From assembly GCA_963693365.1 (NCBI GenBank), contig CAVNZM010000009.1:2916231-2980230 (forward strand): a stretch of 64,000 nucleotides of DNA, in the 5' to 3' direction. A model generated the notes under the pieces. That model worked only from the letters and a program-made list of their open reading frames with translations, was not told where the DNA came from and searched no databases. Below are positions 21,687 through 43,068 of the stretch, one piece after another (position 1 is the first letter of the stretch; each line of letters begins with the position of its first letter). Origin of the DNA: Amoebidium appalachense (taxonomy: Eukaryota; Protista; Ichthyosporea). A program made the position numbers and the translations under genes.

Positions 21687-24600
21687 ATGGCATCGCGGTC
21701 GTTTGACAGGCCTAGATTGACAGGTAGCATTGACTGGGTGGCGTTTGAGATGCGTTGTGGCTAGCTTACGCTGAGTCCAAGGGGTTTGCCGACTGCTATT
21801 TGGCACCCCCTTCCACCCAGGTGCGCAGGAAGCGTCGTTCATCTCCTGCGCCTGCTGGCAACGTTTCTGCCGGTACTGAGACTGTAACTGTGGAGGTTAC
21901 GTATACGCCGCTGCGCGGCGGCCAGCCACAGCCTGAACGTGATTCGATGGCATCCCTGAAGGTGGCACGAGTGTCACTGATGCCGGCCCCTCCCGTGGTG
22001 AGGAGGAGACCACTGCGACGTCCTGCAACGTCCTGCGCCAGCCCCAGTACAGCAGTGATTCTGAGTCCGATGATGGGAGTGAGGGTGAGCGTGTTGGCGT
22101 GAGTGTGTCGGACGCCCGTACGCGTCGCCTTGAAGGCAAAGCCAAGTACGACCTGATGACTGCTGTGGATGACACCCTGCGCCCCTAGATTCAGACCTGT
22201 GCTTCTGCGCACGCCATGTGGACCACGCTCAAGACCACCTACAGTGTGCTGACCCCTGATGCCCGTGTCATGCTGCACAATAGGTGGACGCAGCTAGCTG
22301 CCGAGCCCAAGGACACCATTGCAACGATCTTTGCCAAGGTGTTCAACCTGCAGCATCAGCTGACAGCAGCAGGCATCCCCGAGTCGGAGGAGCAGGTGCG
22401 GCTGAAGATTTTGGACATAGTCCCTAACCGTCTGCGCACTGCCAAGGAGGTGCTGAGCATGGAGCGCGTGCCGCGCTCTCTTGACGAGATGAAGCACATG
22501 CTGCTGACCCAGGAGATCAACCTGCTACGGCAAGGCGGGCAGCCCAAACCGCCTCCCCCCCGCCGTGAGATGCCTAACGCAGCTGCTCTGGCTGGCTGCT
22601 GCCACTGGCACTGGGGCCAAGGAGGATCCCGGCAAGCAAGGCGGCCGCGGCGGCAAGGGTGGCCACGGTGGCCGGCGCGGTGCTGGCAACCAGGGTGCTG
22701 CTGCTTCCGATCGTCAGTACTGCATGAAGAACGGCCTCTGCTTCAAGTGCAAGAAGCCTGGCCACCAGCAGACACAGTGCCCGACCATGCTGGAGACACT
22801 GCGTGCGAACCTGGCGGCTGCGGAGGCCCTTGCTGGCGGCATTGGCGATGCCTTTGGCATGATGGCTTCGGCCTACATGTCCACGGCTGGTGGGCCTGCA
22901 GTTGGGCTGGACGGCAAGTGGACCTGGGATGGTGCTGCATCGCACCATATGACGTGCAACAAGGATGATTTCATCACCCCTGTGGACCTTAACCCTGCAG
23001 GTACGGTTAAGGTGGGTGGTGGTACCGTGCCTGCGGTGGGCCGCGGCACGGTGCAGGTAGATGCATGGCACAGGGGTGTGCCTGCTCGCGTCACGCTGGA
23101 TGCCCTGTACGTGCCTGCACTGGGTGCGCGCCTGCTTTCGGCACCTACTGCTGCACAGGCCAGTTGCAGCTCGTTGGTGGCAGCTGACCGTGTCACCGTC
23201 TTCAAAACTGATGGCCGTGTCTACTTTGAGTGTGCACGTGACCCTGCAGCCAACCTCTACATGTGCCCCTTCACCGCACCTGGCGAGGAGCTGCCCGTAG
23301 ATGCCCGGGCCCTGATGGCCACACTGGAGGGTGCTACCCCGTGTGTGCTGGCCGAGGGCACCACCGTGGTGTGCAAGATCGTCACCCCACTACCTGGCTT
23401 TGATTCGGGTGCAGCTGCAACCGTGCCTGCCCCGCCCGCCGCTGCCAGTGGTGATTGGACCCCCCCCCCCCCCCCCCCCCCCCCCGCCCCGCCCACGCCG
23501 CAAAGGACCCCCCCTGTTGATGATTTTCCCGACCTGCCTGACCTCACAGAATCTGATGATGAGCTGTCTGAGAGTGACGAGGAGGCATCTGATGAAGAGG
23601 AGGCTAGTGCCCCGGAAGAGGGGGAGTGCAGGCCACCAGCTGCTGGGCGCGAGCGTGGCACTGAGGCCACTACTGCTGCAGGCACCGTGCCTGTACCAGC
23701 ACGGCCTGCCCCAGCCACCGATGCCTGCACCCTGCCCAAGGCTGCACCTGCCCCCACTGCTACCCCTGCTGACCCCACCACGGAGCCAGCAGTGCAGCAC
23801 CCGTGGAGCCCCTTCAAGAATGTGGCCAAGGCCAGCTACGAGACCTGGCACCAGCGCTATAGCCACATCGGCAAGACTGGCCTACTGCAGCTGGCGCGCA
23901 GCGGCATGGTTAAGGGTCTGGAGATCACCACCAGCCCCCCTGCCACCACTGCAGTGTGTGAGGGGTGTGCCATTGGCAAGGCCAAGCAGCAGCCCTTTCC
24001 TAGGCAAGGCCGCCAGCGTTCAGACACGGTGCTTGGCATCGTGCACGTGGATGTGTACCGGTGGCCCCTACAAGCGGTCTGTGGACGGCTACTACTTTGT
24101 GCTGGTGGCTGTGGATGACAAGACCGGCATGATGTTTGTGTGGGCTCTGAAGGCACGTAGTGACGTGCCTGCCACCCTGGCTGCCTGGGCCACCAAGATG
24201 GAGCGGCAGCATGGCCACAAGGTGCGCATCTACCGCACAGACGGCGCCGGCGAATTCAAGTCGCGGGGCTTCCAACGTTTCTGCATCAGCAACGGCATTG
24301 TGCATCAGATGGTAGTGGCCTATGAGCACGGCCAGAACGGTGTGGCTGAGCGCTACATCTACACGGTGATAGACAAGGCCCGGGCCATGATGGCATCTGT
24401 ACCGGGCTTCCCGCAGAACCGCTGGCCCGAGGCTGTCGGCACAGCGGTGCTGCTGATCAACATGAGCCCCCACAAGGCCGTGTCTGGCATGACACCCTGG
24501 CAGGCATTCTACAACCAGGTGCCTGATGTGTCCTACCTTCGTGCGTATGGCTGCCTAGCCTACCCCACCATCGCCAAGGAGCAGCGCGGCAACAAGCTGG

Positions 24601-25169
24601 CACCACGTGCCCAGCGGGGCATTTTGATTGGCTACGGGGAGGAGACCAAGGGCTACCGCATCCTGCTGGTTACCCCCAGTGGCAGTTTCGGTTCAGTGGT
24701 CGTGAGGAGGAGTGTGCAGTTCAACGAGGGCGCCACCCTGGTGAAGGGCACGCTACCCCGCCCTCAACCCGAGCATGCGCATGGCCATCAGCCCGGCTGT
24801 ACCTGGCCAGACCAGCGCAGATGACCCATTTGTGCAGGAGGAGCACACCACCACCGAGGAGGAGACAGGCAGGGACTCGGACCCTGCCAGCACTGTGGCC
24901 ACCACGGCCACAGGCACCAGCAGCGATGGCTTTGATGACAGCCACAGTGAGAGCGAAGATGAGGGGGCAGCGCAAGGGGGTGCCGGCATGCTTAAGCGTG
25001 CGCGCATGGACTCGCCGCCCGCCAAGTCAGCACAGCCAATCGCCAAGCGGGTGCATTTCACCGACAGCAACGTGCCCAGCCACCACCTGCCTAGGGTGAC
25101 ACGGAGTGGACACGTGTTCAGCACCCAGCAGCACCTGGGCAACATCAAGGGCACCGTGATTGAGGCCAA
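21687..25169 (+). pseudogene. Copia gag-protease-integrase polyprotein, frameshifted
   Basis: Gag start MASRSFDRPRLTGSIDW; zinc knuckle CFKCKKPGHQQTQC (~22738-22780); protease WTWDGAASHHMT (~22920); HHCC WHQRYSHIG...CEGCAIGK; rve core VHVD...RTDGAGEF...QNGVAER. Several frameshifts and an in-frame TAG near 22186. Confidence 0.9.
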
Positions 25170-26678
25170 AGCGCGGTACGAGACCAACTCTCCCTACGGC
25201 AACCAGGCTCTGTACAGGTATCGTGGGTGAAGGGGCACCAATCCAACACCAAACGGTACGGTCAACGGAATAACGAGGCAGACAAGGCAGCCAATGCAGG
25301 AAGAGCCCTCCCCCCCCCCCCCCCCCCCCCCCCCCTCCGGCCCCGGGGGGGGGGGGGGGGGGGGGGGGGGATACTTCCTACGACTACAAGGCCACCGTAT
25401 CCCCGGCAACATTCCCGGTACACTGAACCGGTTGAACAAGGACTTCCTCACCGACATGGCCGGCAAGACCAAGGCTATGTCCCCATACTAGCCGACCCCA
25501 GACTGCTCCCAGCCGAACGGAACCCCCTCAAGCTCAACAAGGGGCCTGCACAGGCAACCATCGGGGCCGTCAGAGGCAACACTCGTAGCCTGTCCCTGGC
25601 TATGGGCACCCTGCCTACCATGACACGGCTACACCGAGATCACCCCACCGTCGTTACACAGCCCACATGCCCATGGTGCAGCCAGCACCCTGAGACCACC
25701 ACCCACCTCTGGGCCTGCCCGGCCCATGCAGGGGAGGTCCCCACCCTGACCACGGCCATCGCAGCCTGCATCCACAACGTCCTGCACACTCGTCATCCAA
25801 ACACCCCCACGGCACAGCACCAACATACGGCAGCCACGGTGGTAGACCAATGTGCATGGACAAACTGGATAGGAGGCAACGGTGACCCACCAGACCCCGA
25901 AGACATCAAGTGGGTCGAACGGGGATTCTGCCCACGATCGGTGGGCCCACTACTTGCAGCCACCGGCACCACCAAGACCACCACCCGGGCCATCTTAGGA
26001 AAAATCACAGTAGAGTTGCAGTCCTTTTTCTTTTCAAAAATTTGGCACCCACGGAACACACCACTCCCCCCCACCCACCCCAAAATGCAAAAACACCACC
26101 ATATATCCACCGCCCGTAGAAAGAAAAGTATGGCTCCCCAAAACCCAAGACACACACAAATACACCCCCCACACACACCCGGCCAGCCTGTTCTGACTGC
26201 CGGAACACACACAGACCCCAGTGTGCCCTGTAAAACCCACCTTTTGGTTCACAAAAACCTCGCCACAACATACGTACAACAACACATAATGTTAGGCAGC
26301 AACCCCCCCCACCACCACCACCACCACACCCCATCATCCACCCATACCCACCGTAAATACTATACAGACTACAACACTTAGGACTTCCCAATACTGTAGA
26401 TCGACCAGTGAGAGCCCTCGGTTAACGTTTATTGCTAGGTTTTGAATGGAGGGGAGGACTGGAGCCTCCTGCCGGCGTGGCTGGGGTAGTAGCCCTGGGC
26501 AAAGTGTGTATTTATAGTTAGGTTGTGAAGGATGGTTAACGTTTCAGCTTAGCTGAACTCATAGATAGCACCTTAACTAGTGTACTGTCGGTGCTGTGTG
26601 GTAGACGGTAGTTTCCCTAGAGGGCCTGAAAAGGCCCTCCGGGAACAAAACGTGATTTAAAAAAAAAAACAAAAAAAA
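25170..26678 (+). mobile_element. 5'-truncated non-LTR retrotransposon (LINE) 3' end
   Basis: RNase H C-terminal motif VQVSWVKGHQ...NNEADKAANAG; CCHC finger CPWCSQHPETTTHLWAC; stop at 26381; 3' UTR hairpin GAGGGCCT-GAAA-AGGCCCTC (26620-26639); A-rich tail 26659-26678. Clade not determined. Confidence 0.85.
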
Positions 26679-26812
26679 CCATGTGATGTGGAGGCAGGGG
26701 TGTGCTAGTTTATTGCTGCAGGCAACCAATGCCTGGCTGAGGGGTGCGGCAATCGACGCTGCGATATGATTGGCTGATTTGTAGATTAGGTGCAATTGTG
26801 TTGTAAGGGGTG

Positions 26813-27338
26813 TGTTGGAATATACAACCCCAATATCACCATATTATTCGTGTCTGTGATATATTTACTATGTAACCATCCAACAGCGGTGTACGCGTGT
26901 TTTCGTGTGATGGCTAGGTGGTCGATCGTGTGTTTCCTAGGATGTATTCAATTGAATTGTGATATCTAACTGCCATATGATTGGCTAGGAACGCACCATC
27001 CAGATCTAGGGATTACGTAGTCAACCCCGATGCCATCCTGGATATGCGGTGGCTGGTGACTGGATCACGGCGGAGCATAAACCCGCACATGTAACATAAT
27101 AAAATTGGGAGTTATAAACGATAAATGACTGTTGCAACAGACTCTCCGAGCACAGTGTGGAGACTTGTGTGATACTTAGGTGATAGTGCATGCAGCCCGA
27201 TTAAGTACACACTTAGTAGGTAGTATATTGCACCCATATAGAGACTGATCACCTCCGTGTGTGTGTGTGCAACGACTATACAAGCTCTACTTGTGTTAGT
27301 GCAGACTCTGCTACGTGTGAGAAGGTAGTTTTCTCTCA
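26813..27338 (+). repeat. 3' LTR (526 bp)
   Basis: TG...CA termini; near-identical to the 5' LTR; followed by TSD TGTAA. Confidence 0.95.
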
Positions 27339-27933
27339 TGTAATAGTGATGTGGGCAGGGTGGGGGTGTGTGTACAGCAGAAAACCGTCTAGATCTCCCT
27401 ACAAGGTAATACCCTAGGCCTCTAGCTAAAGACCATTAGAATTGATATATTGGGCATTGAGACGTCGACACAGGTAAATCCAAGAAAAGACGGTATTGAT
27501 TTATGGCACCGAATCAGACCTCGATGCAATAATACTAAAAAGAAATATGATCTGATCTATACTATATGAACGATGGTGCTCTATTCTGCTCAAATATTGT
27601 GCACTATTGCACCCGTTCCTCACTCCTCCTCCCCCCCCCCCCCCCCCCCCCCTCCCTCCCCCCCCCCCCCCCCCCCCCCCCCCCCCACAAAAAAAAAAAA
27701 AAAAAAAAAACTTGAAACAATTATAAAAAGATAAAAAAATAAACTAAACAAAAGCCACACACTCGATCTCCATCCATCAATTCACACGAGTACTTTACGG
27801 CAAAGCCAAATCTTCCCATGCACTTCATCATATATATCTGAGATTCGTTCAATAAAAATTTCAAACCCTCAAACCAAAAAAACTTGCCAATTTCAAAAAC
27901 CAAAAAAAACTCTCAGGCCTCAGCCAAATTTCG

Positions 27934-28996
27934 TCATTTTGCCCCCGCGCTTCCACCCGCCGCCCTGCTCGGCCGGGGCGGCCAAAGCCCAGTTTCTTGC
28001 AGATTGCTAATGTATGCAACATCGGCTTTTGTAACCCTGGAACTCCAAATCATATATGCGGTTATACAGAGCACCCATAGAAAAGAGTCATATGTCATTA
28101 CGGGGGTAACCCATAGGATGATCAAAGGGCCGGTTAGGATTGGGTGGCGGTAGTTTCGGTACAGTTGGCCCAGCTGCCCTTGTGGACCGAGTGGATTGGT
28201 ACCACTTTGGTAGTCCAGAGCCTGTGTGTGTACGTGTGTGTGTGTATGTATGTGCATGTGTGGGTGGAGGTGTACGTGTAACATATGTGTGTGCGTCTGG
28301 TGTGTGCGTGTCCGTGTGCGTGTGCGTGTTCGCGTGCGTGTATGTGCGTGTGCGTGTGCGTGTGCGTGTGCGTGTGCGTGTGCGTGTGCGTGTGTCGCAG
28401 CCAAGTCAACGGAAAGTAAAGATCAAACAGAAAAAGGTGTTTTTTTTTGGTTTTTTTTTTTTTTTTTTTTTTTTTTTTGGGGGGGGGGGGGGTAGAGTGT
28501 GCGCCATGCACAAATTCACCAAGGCCTTACTTTTATTACTGTTATTTGTTTTTTTCTCTAATTTATATTTTTATTTTTATTTTTTTTAAATCATTTTTTT
28601 TGGCGGGGGGGGGGGGGGGGGGGGGGGGGGCTGTATGTATGGTTGTGATGGCGGCAAGATTGCCAAGCGGCCCCTTTCTTGGGCGGTAATGATGGTGTCG
28701 AGGAAGGGAGAGAGAGAAAAGGTGGAAGCGTGTAACGGGCCAGCAAATACCATACGTGTTCACTACGGACGACATGATGCAGACTTTGCAGAGCACACAA
28801 CCAGGAGTACGTGTCTTATGCAGAAACAATCCTCAAAAAAGGGGGAGAAAGGGGGAGAGGGGGGAGGGGGGGTTTGAATGCGTCGGAGGGGGGGGGGGGT
28901 GGGGGGGATGGGGGGGGGGGGGGGGGGGGGGAGCAAGTCAATTCACCATATCTGCACACGTTGGGTGGGTGGTGTGTGTGCGTGTGCGTGTGTGTT

Positions 28997-29080
<84 letters not shown>

Positions 29081-30772
29081 GGGGGGAGGGGGGGGGGGGG
29101 GGCAGGCGTTGAAGGGCAGGGGGCTATAGTGTTGCAGAAAATAAAGCAACCGGAACAATTGCAAGCCACGACAGAAAAAACATACCTGCCGCAAGCCCAA
29201 AAGCTCAAAATGGTCAAAGACCCACAGCGTGGGTACGATGGTGGAGGCGACGCCCCATGCATACGCCAAGACGAAAAACGGGGTGAAACGGCTTGTTTGC
29301 CACACACACGAGTGGCTTGTGGGACGCCATGAGTTTTCTAGTATCTGTGAGGGGAAGAAAAAGAAGGGATGGGAAGAGGAGGTTAGATAAGCGAACTAAT
29401 CTATTGATGTGGATAGGGGAACTGATGTACTCCCGTTCCCCCCAAACCCCCCTCCCCGCCTCCCACTTCCCACACACACACACACACCCAACCCCTTCTC
29501 CCTCCTGCCCCCTTCCCACACACACACAATCATTTTAACCACACCCACACACCCACACACCCACAAACCCACACACACAAAAAAAAACCTAACCACTCAT
29601 TCCATGGCAGACGTTAAATAACCTCGACATCCTCCTTCCCTTTCTTCCTTCCCCCCCCCCCCAACCCCCCTCAACCCCCTGGTCCCGCCACCCCCCCTCC
29701 CCCCCCCCCTCTCTCCCCGCTCCCTTTCCCTACCCCTGATCTTTTTTTGGCCTTCTAGGGGTGGATTATTCAAATCTCGATCAAGAACATTTAAGAGTGC
29801 ATGTACACAGCAGGGCTACTAGAAGTGCACGGCACCAATTCTGAAGAAAGGTGGAGAAGGAAAAGTACCCAAATGGAGGTAGGGGCTGGAATGGTTGAAT
29901 CGGGGAAAGGAAAACGGAGGGAAAGAGATGACTCGAAGATTAGAAAACGAGTACTAAAGGGGGTGGAAGGAGGCAGGTAGAACCGGTTGGGGTTACAGAA
30001 AGAGAGGGTGTGTGTGTGTGGGGGGGGGGGGGGGGGGGGGGGAGGGGGGGGGGAGAGAGAGGGGGGGGGGGGGTACTCCAGGTGCATAGAAAGCAGGCTA
30101 TTAATAACAAGTGTAAATGGGTTATATCCAAAAACACACTACACGCAAATATAGTCAACCTACCATCAGTGACAGCAAAGTTGCAAGTGTGTAAACAGAC
30201 CGATAGGCGGCTATGGGCAGGTACCGGGCAAACAAGTTTTTCGGTTTGTCTCGGCCAAGCAAACTGTGCACGGCGGCAAACTGGAGAATGAGTAGCACGT
30301 TCCACCATAGCGCGGCTCGATTGTCAACATGGGCGGATGTTTGGAGTTGATGAGAGCCTGTGGAAACGAAAGAAGATCAGGAGGGGGGAGAAATCTGGCA
30401 GTTTCGAAGCAACTTAGAGGGAAGGAACCTAGTTTCTCGTCTACTTGTAACAGAACCAGCGGAAACGGGAAGAAGGGAACAGTGAACAAATAGAGGAGAC
30501 AAGACTAGTATAAAACTGTTGGCGATCAGGTCGAGGTAAGCGTGGTGAGATCAGGAAGGGGGACGAAAGAGGGGTGGTAATGGATGGTTTCAACGAACCG
30601 GAGCTGGCGAGGCAGCAGTGGGACAGAGGCACGAAGAAAGGGAGGGAATGAGAACCCGGGCATTACCGCGGACCAAGGGTGGGCAGGTACAAGGATAGGG
30701 ATTCAGTTTTGTGCGATGGTGATGGTGTTCATGGTGGTGGTGGTGGTGGTGGTGGTGGTGGTGGTGTGTGTG

Positions 30773-30833
<61 letters not shown>

Positions 30834-30838
30834 CGCGC

Positions 30839-30874
<36 letters not shown>

Positions 30875-31278
30875 CTGTGTATGTGTGTGCGCTCCGCACA
30901 AGAATGTATGTGTTTCTTTTTTGTGTTTCTTTTTGTGTTTGTTGGTGTTTGTTTGTGTTGCTGAGGTGTTGGGGGGAGGGGGGGAAGGGGAAGACGTAGA
31001 ATACTTCTAATGTAGAGATGACACAAGTTTATATGAAAAATAAGCGAGGGAACATGGCCCATCCATGTTTCAAAGATGTACTTGTCTCAGAAAAGAAAAG
31101 GCTGGTGAAGAATTTTCTCACCTGGCCATAGGCGTACCTTGAAGCCTTTCCATGTCCACCCACACACCAGAAGCCATGTCAAGACATAGGTCACACCTGC
31201 CAGGCCAAACACCGTTGACCTGCCCACAAAGCTGCCTCTTTGGTCGTCTCGGTGCCAAGAGGCTGGTCTGGACGACAT
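27934..31278 (-). CDS. NRM: Nurim (nuclear rim membrane protein; MddA/ICMT-related family), ~265 aa, 4 exons
   Basis: Exons 31122-31278, 30164-30357, 29186-29344, 27934-28221, phase-consistent. Motifs LLILQFAAVHSLL, YRSVYTLAT, LWVFDHFELLGLRQ and LYRNYRHP...LWVTPVMT match nurim/MddA. Confidence 0.85.
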
Positions 31279-32059
31279 GTTTTTTGTGTTTTGAAAACAG
31301 CAGCTGCTGTCCCTTTCGCTCGATCCGGAATTAATGACCAGGTGGAGAAAGGACTATAAACAGCGGATTTTTTCCTGATATAAGTTCAAAAACATATGAT
31401 GCACGAGACTAAAAGCACTCAAGAGTATACACGCTTAACACGCAAGAATGGTGGGGAGGAGGAGGACTTCATCGACTGTTTTAGGGTGGCAGAACTTTCC
31501 TTGGCTTACAGCCTTTTTCAGGTCAGTTGTCAGTGATTACACCTTAGGAAAGGCAGCTAGTGTCTTTTTCTGGCTTAAGACTCCCACGCGATTACGTCGC
31601 ACCTACATTACTTTGCTCATTAACCTTTACACGCTCAATTTCTCACGACAACCCCTCTCCCTCAGTCTGTCCTCAACTGCCCCACGTCTTTGACCCAAAA
31701 AACGCGCCAAGTTTTGAGCGAGATGATTGGATCCATCCTCACCCGATGACGTCACACAGTGCACTTGGGATGATCGAGGCGGGTCACACTGCATGCACAG
31801 CACACAGTTCACGGAAGTGTGGATAAAGGTGTACAGAGCATATGTGTGTCTATAGGCAGAGGTACGATGATTCAAGGCGCAAGTCAGTAATGTAATATGT
31901 ACGTGCGAGAAAAGCAGGGTTGTGAGAGATCTTGAGTCAAGTCTACGTTAGGCAGGGATTTTCAGAGCCAAGGAGGCCGCTTTCAAGTCAAAATGGTGGG
32001 TATTTGCGGACTGGCACTTGTGATTTGCATTTGTGTGCTTGTCGACCTTAACGTTCCTG

Positions 32060-32099
<40 letters not shown>

Positions 32100-32155
32100 A
32101 CAAACACACGCACGCACACACACACACACACACGCACGCACACACACACAGCAAT

Positions 32156-32221
<66 letters not shown>

Positions 32222-32329
32222 ATCTCCCCCCCCCCCCCTCTCTTCCCCTCTCTCCCTCCCTCCCTCCCTCCCTCTCTTCTCTCTCTCCTCTATCTCTCCC
32301 TCCCTCCCTCCCCTCTTCCCTCTCTCTCT

Positions 32330-32438
<109 letters not shown>

Positions 32439-33361
32439 GATCCTCTCTCTCTCTCTCTCAGGATCCTCTCTCTCTCTCTTCCCCTCATCTCCCCCCCCCT
32501 TTCCCCTCTCCTGCTCTCTTTCGTCCCCTTCACCTCCCCGTTCATCTCCCGGCCCGACCCCCTCCCCCCCCCCCCCCCCCCCCCCCTCCCCCCCCCCCCC
32601 CTTTTTTTTTGTTCCTTCTCGGGCCCGTCTTTCCCGGGATCACCGTTTGTTGCATTAAGCTCAATCTTACCCAGTGCAAATCACCCAAAATTGCAAACAA
32701 CCCCTCAACTCCTGCCCTCCGAAACCCCCCCCCCCCCCCCCCCCCCCGTCCCCTTTCTCTCCACCCCAATCTCATAGGCCTCCATATCCCACCTCCACCT
32801 AACAAGTGCGTTTGGAGCATCTTAGCTCTATTCTTTTTTCAAAATGCCCGGAAGAACTTTGCGTTTCACCCACTTTCCGTATTTGGGCACCCAAGGCTAC
32901 TCTTCTGGGATCGCGATTGAGTGTTCTGATCTGGCTTCCTCCCCGATAGGTGTTTCTTCCCGGGCTGTATCGGCCCACACACTCCTACCGGTAAGAGTCT
33001 TTGTTTATGTGATGTTTCTTTAATTTTACTTCCTTGATGGTCACTTGTATGACTACCTAATTATTTTTTCCTTGTATTTATGTACAGGCGTTCAATGTTT
33101 CTGGCCTTTTTCATTTTCAATCGTATTGCTTACTGTTATCAACGGTTCGGCCCTTGGGTATTAGTCGTTTACGTAACGGTGGGAATGGGTGGGTCGCCCT
33201 GCCGGTTGAATGGCTTTTTCTTTTGTGTGTGTGTGGGGGGGGAGGGGAGGGGGGGGGGGGGGGGAGTGTGTGCCTGTGTGTGTATGTGCGTGCACGTGTG
33301 CCTGCATGTGGCCTGTGCATGCGAATGCATATGTACCTGCCTGTGTGCGCTAGTGTGGGTA

Positions 33362-33395
<34 letters not shown>

Positions 33396-33584
33396 TTTTT
33401 TTTTTTTTTTTTGAGGTGTGGGGAAGAGTTTGAAGGTGCATGGCGGCAAGGGAGGGGGGCTTTGAAAAAATTAAGGAAGCAGGGAAGAAATCGTGGCTTC
33501 TTCTGCATTGTTGTGATCATCTTCTCTCTTTTTAGTTTGTCCCCCCTTTTTCACCCTCCCTTCTTTTTTATTTCTTGGTACCAT

Positions 33585-40972
<7,388 letters not shown>

Positions 40973-42022
40973 CTTTGTACGTAGCATGTCCATATTAGGT
41001 AAAAACACATGATCCCTCTACTGGGACCAGCGTACTGGAATTAGCTTCACCATAAGCCGTAGGAGATTCTAGGAATGACCGGTTTAAAAGAACAAAAAAA
41101 ACGGGGATTCATTTTAATTTTCCGATTTTTTTCTTGAAAACCATGAGCCAGCCAAGAGTGATGCCTAGCTGTTTCTGTAGTTTTCCCATGACTGTTTATG
41201 AATCACAACAACACAATATATGGTGTGTGAACATGCACTTCCACTATATTTTCTAAGGTTGAGTGAGCGGTTTTGACTGCCTACGTACTAAGGACGCTAG
41301 TGTGAAGGGCCATGCCTAGAGATTGCCTTGGAGTTCTAGAGCTGCCTAGAAGACTGACGTCCTGATACACCGGAGGATGAATGGTGGTTTGGTATCGTTC
41401 TTTGCACTTGTGCTATTTTTAAATTGTGGTTGGGAGTTCGTGTTTGGTGGTGTGTGTATGAAACTGGTTTGAGCATACTTTTTTTTATACTTTTTTTTAT
41501 TTATTTATTTTGTGCGAAATGTCTTTTCGGTTCGCAAACCTAAGAACCTTGTGCGTGTAAGATCGATTCTTGGTGGTATACAATAGTGCACGTGAAGGTG
41601 TTGATGTGGCGTGGGCAATTTCAAATACACTTGGTACGAATGTACATCGATGTCTTTATTGCGTATGTAAAAAAACTGTTATAATGGTGTGTGTAGTAGC
41701 TGGGCGCTGGAAATAGTTTCAAATACATAACAGGCATCTCAGATGCTACAATATAATGCGGGTGCGCTCGCTTGCTTCTTCAACGGTTCACCTGCAGCTC
41801 ATTTAATAACCCTTCCCAGCACTAGCAATCATTATGTATAGGCGCAAAGAGAATATTAATGCGTATTATTGCCTTGTTATATATAACAGCTAGCCATGGC
41901 GTCGCAGTGTGGATATGCAAATTTGCCAGCTATGGTGTATCCACTTCTGTGATACTACTCTGAAACTACACCACTAGTTCAACTTATGGTGGTAATGGTG
42001 GTCGTGGTTTTTTTTTTTTTTT

Positions 42023-42083
<61 letters not shown>

Positions 42084-42459
42084 GCAGGCAAGGGTATGAA
42101 ATCTACTGCACACAAGCAAAACTATTAGCTAAGGTGCCAAAATGTCTTAGTAATGCTTTGACATCAAATGGATGTAATATTATACTGATATCATATCAAC
42201 CTTAAACATTGTATAATTATAGTATATTGGTCATGCTGAACTGAAATATATAAACGGTACTAGTATCTGGATAAACGCTCAAATCCTGGGAATCATTAAT
42301 ACATAAACAGTGAAAGTGTTCAGATACTGGACGTGAGGTCACGTAGGATGCATATAGCCTAAGGCGTGTGCAAACATGTACGCAGACTCACAGACATCAC
42401 ACTAGCCCTCCCTTATCCCCCCCCCCCCCCCCCCCCCCCCCCCTCCACCCCCTCCCCCT

Positions 42460-42507
<48 letters not shown>

Positions 42508-43031
42508 AAACCCCTGGAAGCCCCGCAGGCCGCCTCTGCTACGGTGAGAGAAGTCAAGGAATCAAAAGAAACAGCAACAGTTATTATAACGGCAATGGTT
42601 ATGTATAGTATTTTGGGGCCCCTTCCCGCGTTGAAAATCCTGTACGAGCAACTGTTACTCAGTGATTATCCCCCCCCCCCCCCTCCCCTCCCCTCCCCCA
42701 CATAAACAACGTTATTTAACCTGCCCCGATCCGTCCGGACCCGGCCCTCCTTTCTCCCACCACACCCTTGATTATACATGCGCAAAAAGTAGCGATAGCT
42801 GATAACGAATACATGGAAAATGGAAGGAGTGCCTCAACGGCCCGTCACACATTCTGTCCGATTATGATATTCCTAGGCCTACTTTTTAAAATAATCTATA
42901 AAACCTGTTTTCTGCGCACCAAAAATTCCCGCCAAAGTTTCCATATCTGGCTTATCGTGCGATCGCGCCAAAATTATTAGTTTATACTTAATTTTTTTTT
43001 GAGATTATGATATTCCTACTCCTTTTTTTTT

Positions 43032-43068
<37 letters not shown>

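Larger units (their letters stand above)
20724..27338 (+). mobile_element. Ty1/Copia LTR retrotransposon, degenerate, lacking RT/RNase H, with two nested insertions
   Basis: Two highly similar LTRs (TGTTGG...CTCTCA); 5-bp TSD TGTAA at 20719-20723 and 27339-27343; PBS-like GGTTCTGTGCC after the 5' LTR; purine tract AAGGGG before the 3' LTR; Gag-PR-IN order typical of Copia. Confidence 0.95.

Noticed and set aside
24775-25230. Apparent in-frame Copia-LINE fusion ORF
   Set aside because: The LINE RNase H (VSWVKGH) is in a different frame; the Copia frame stops at 25230.
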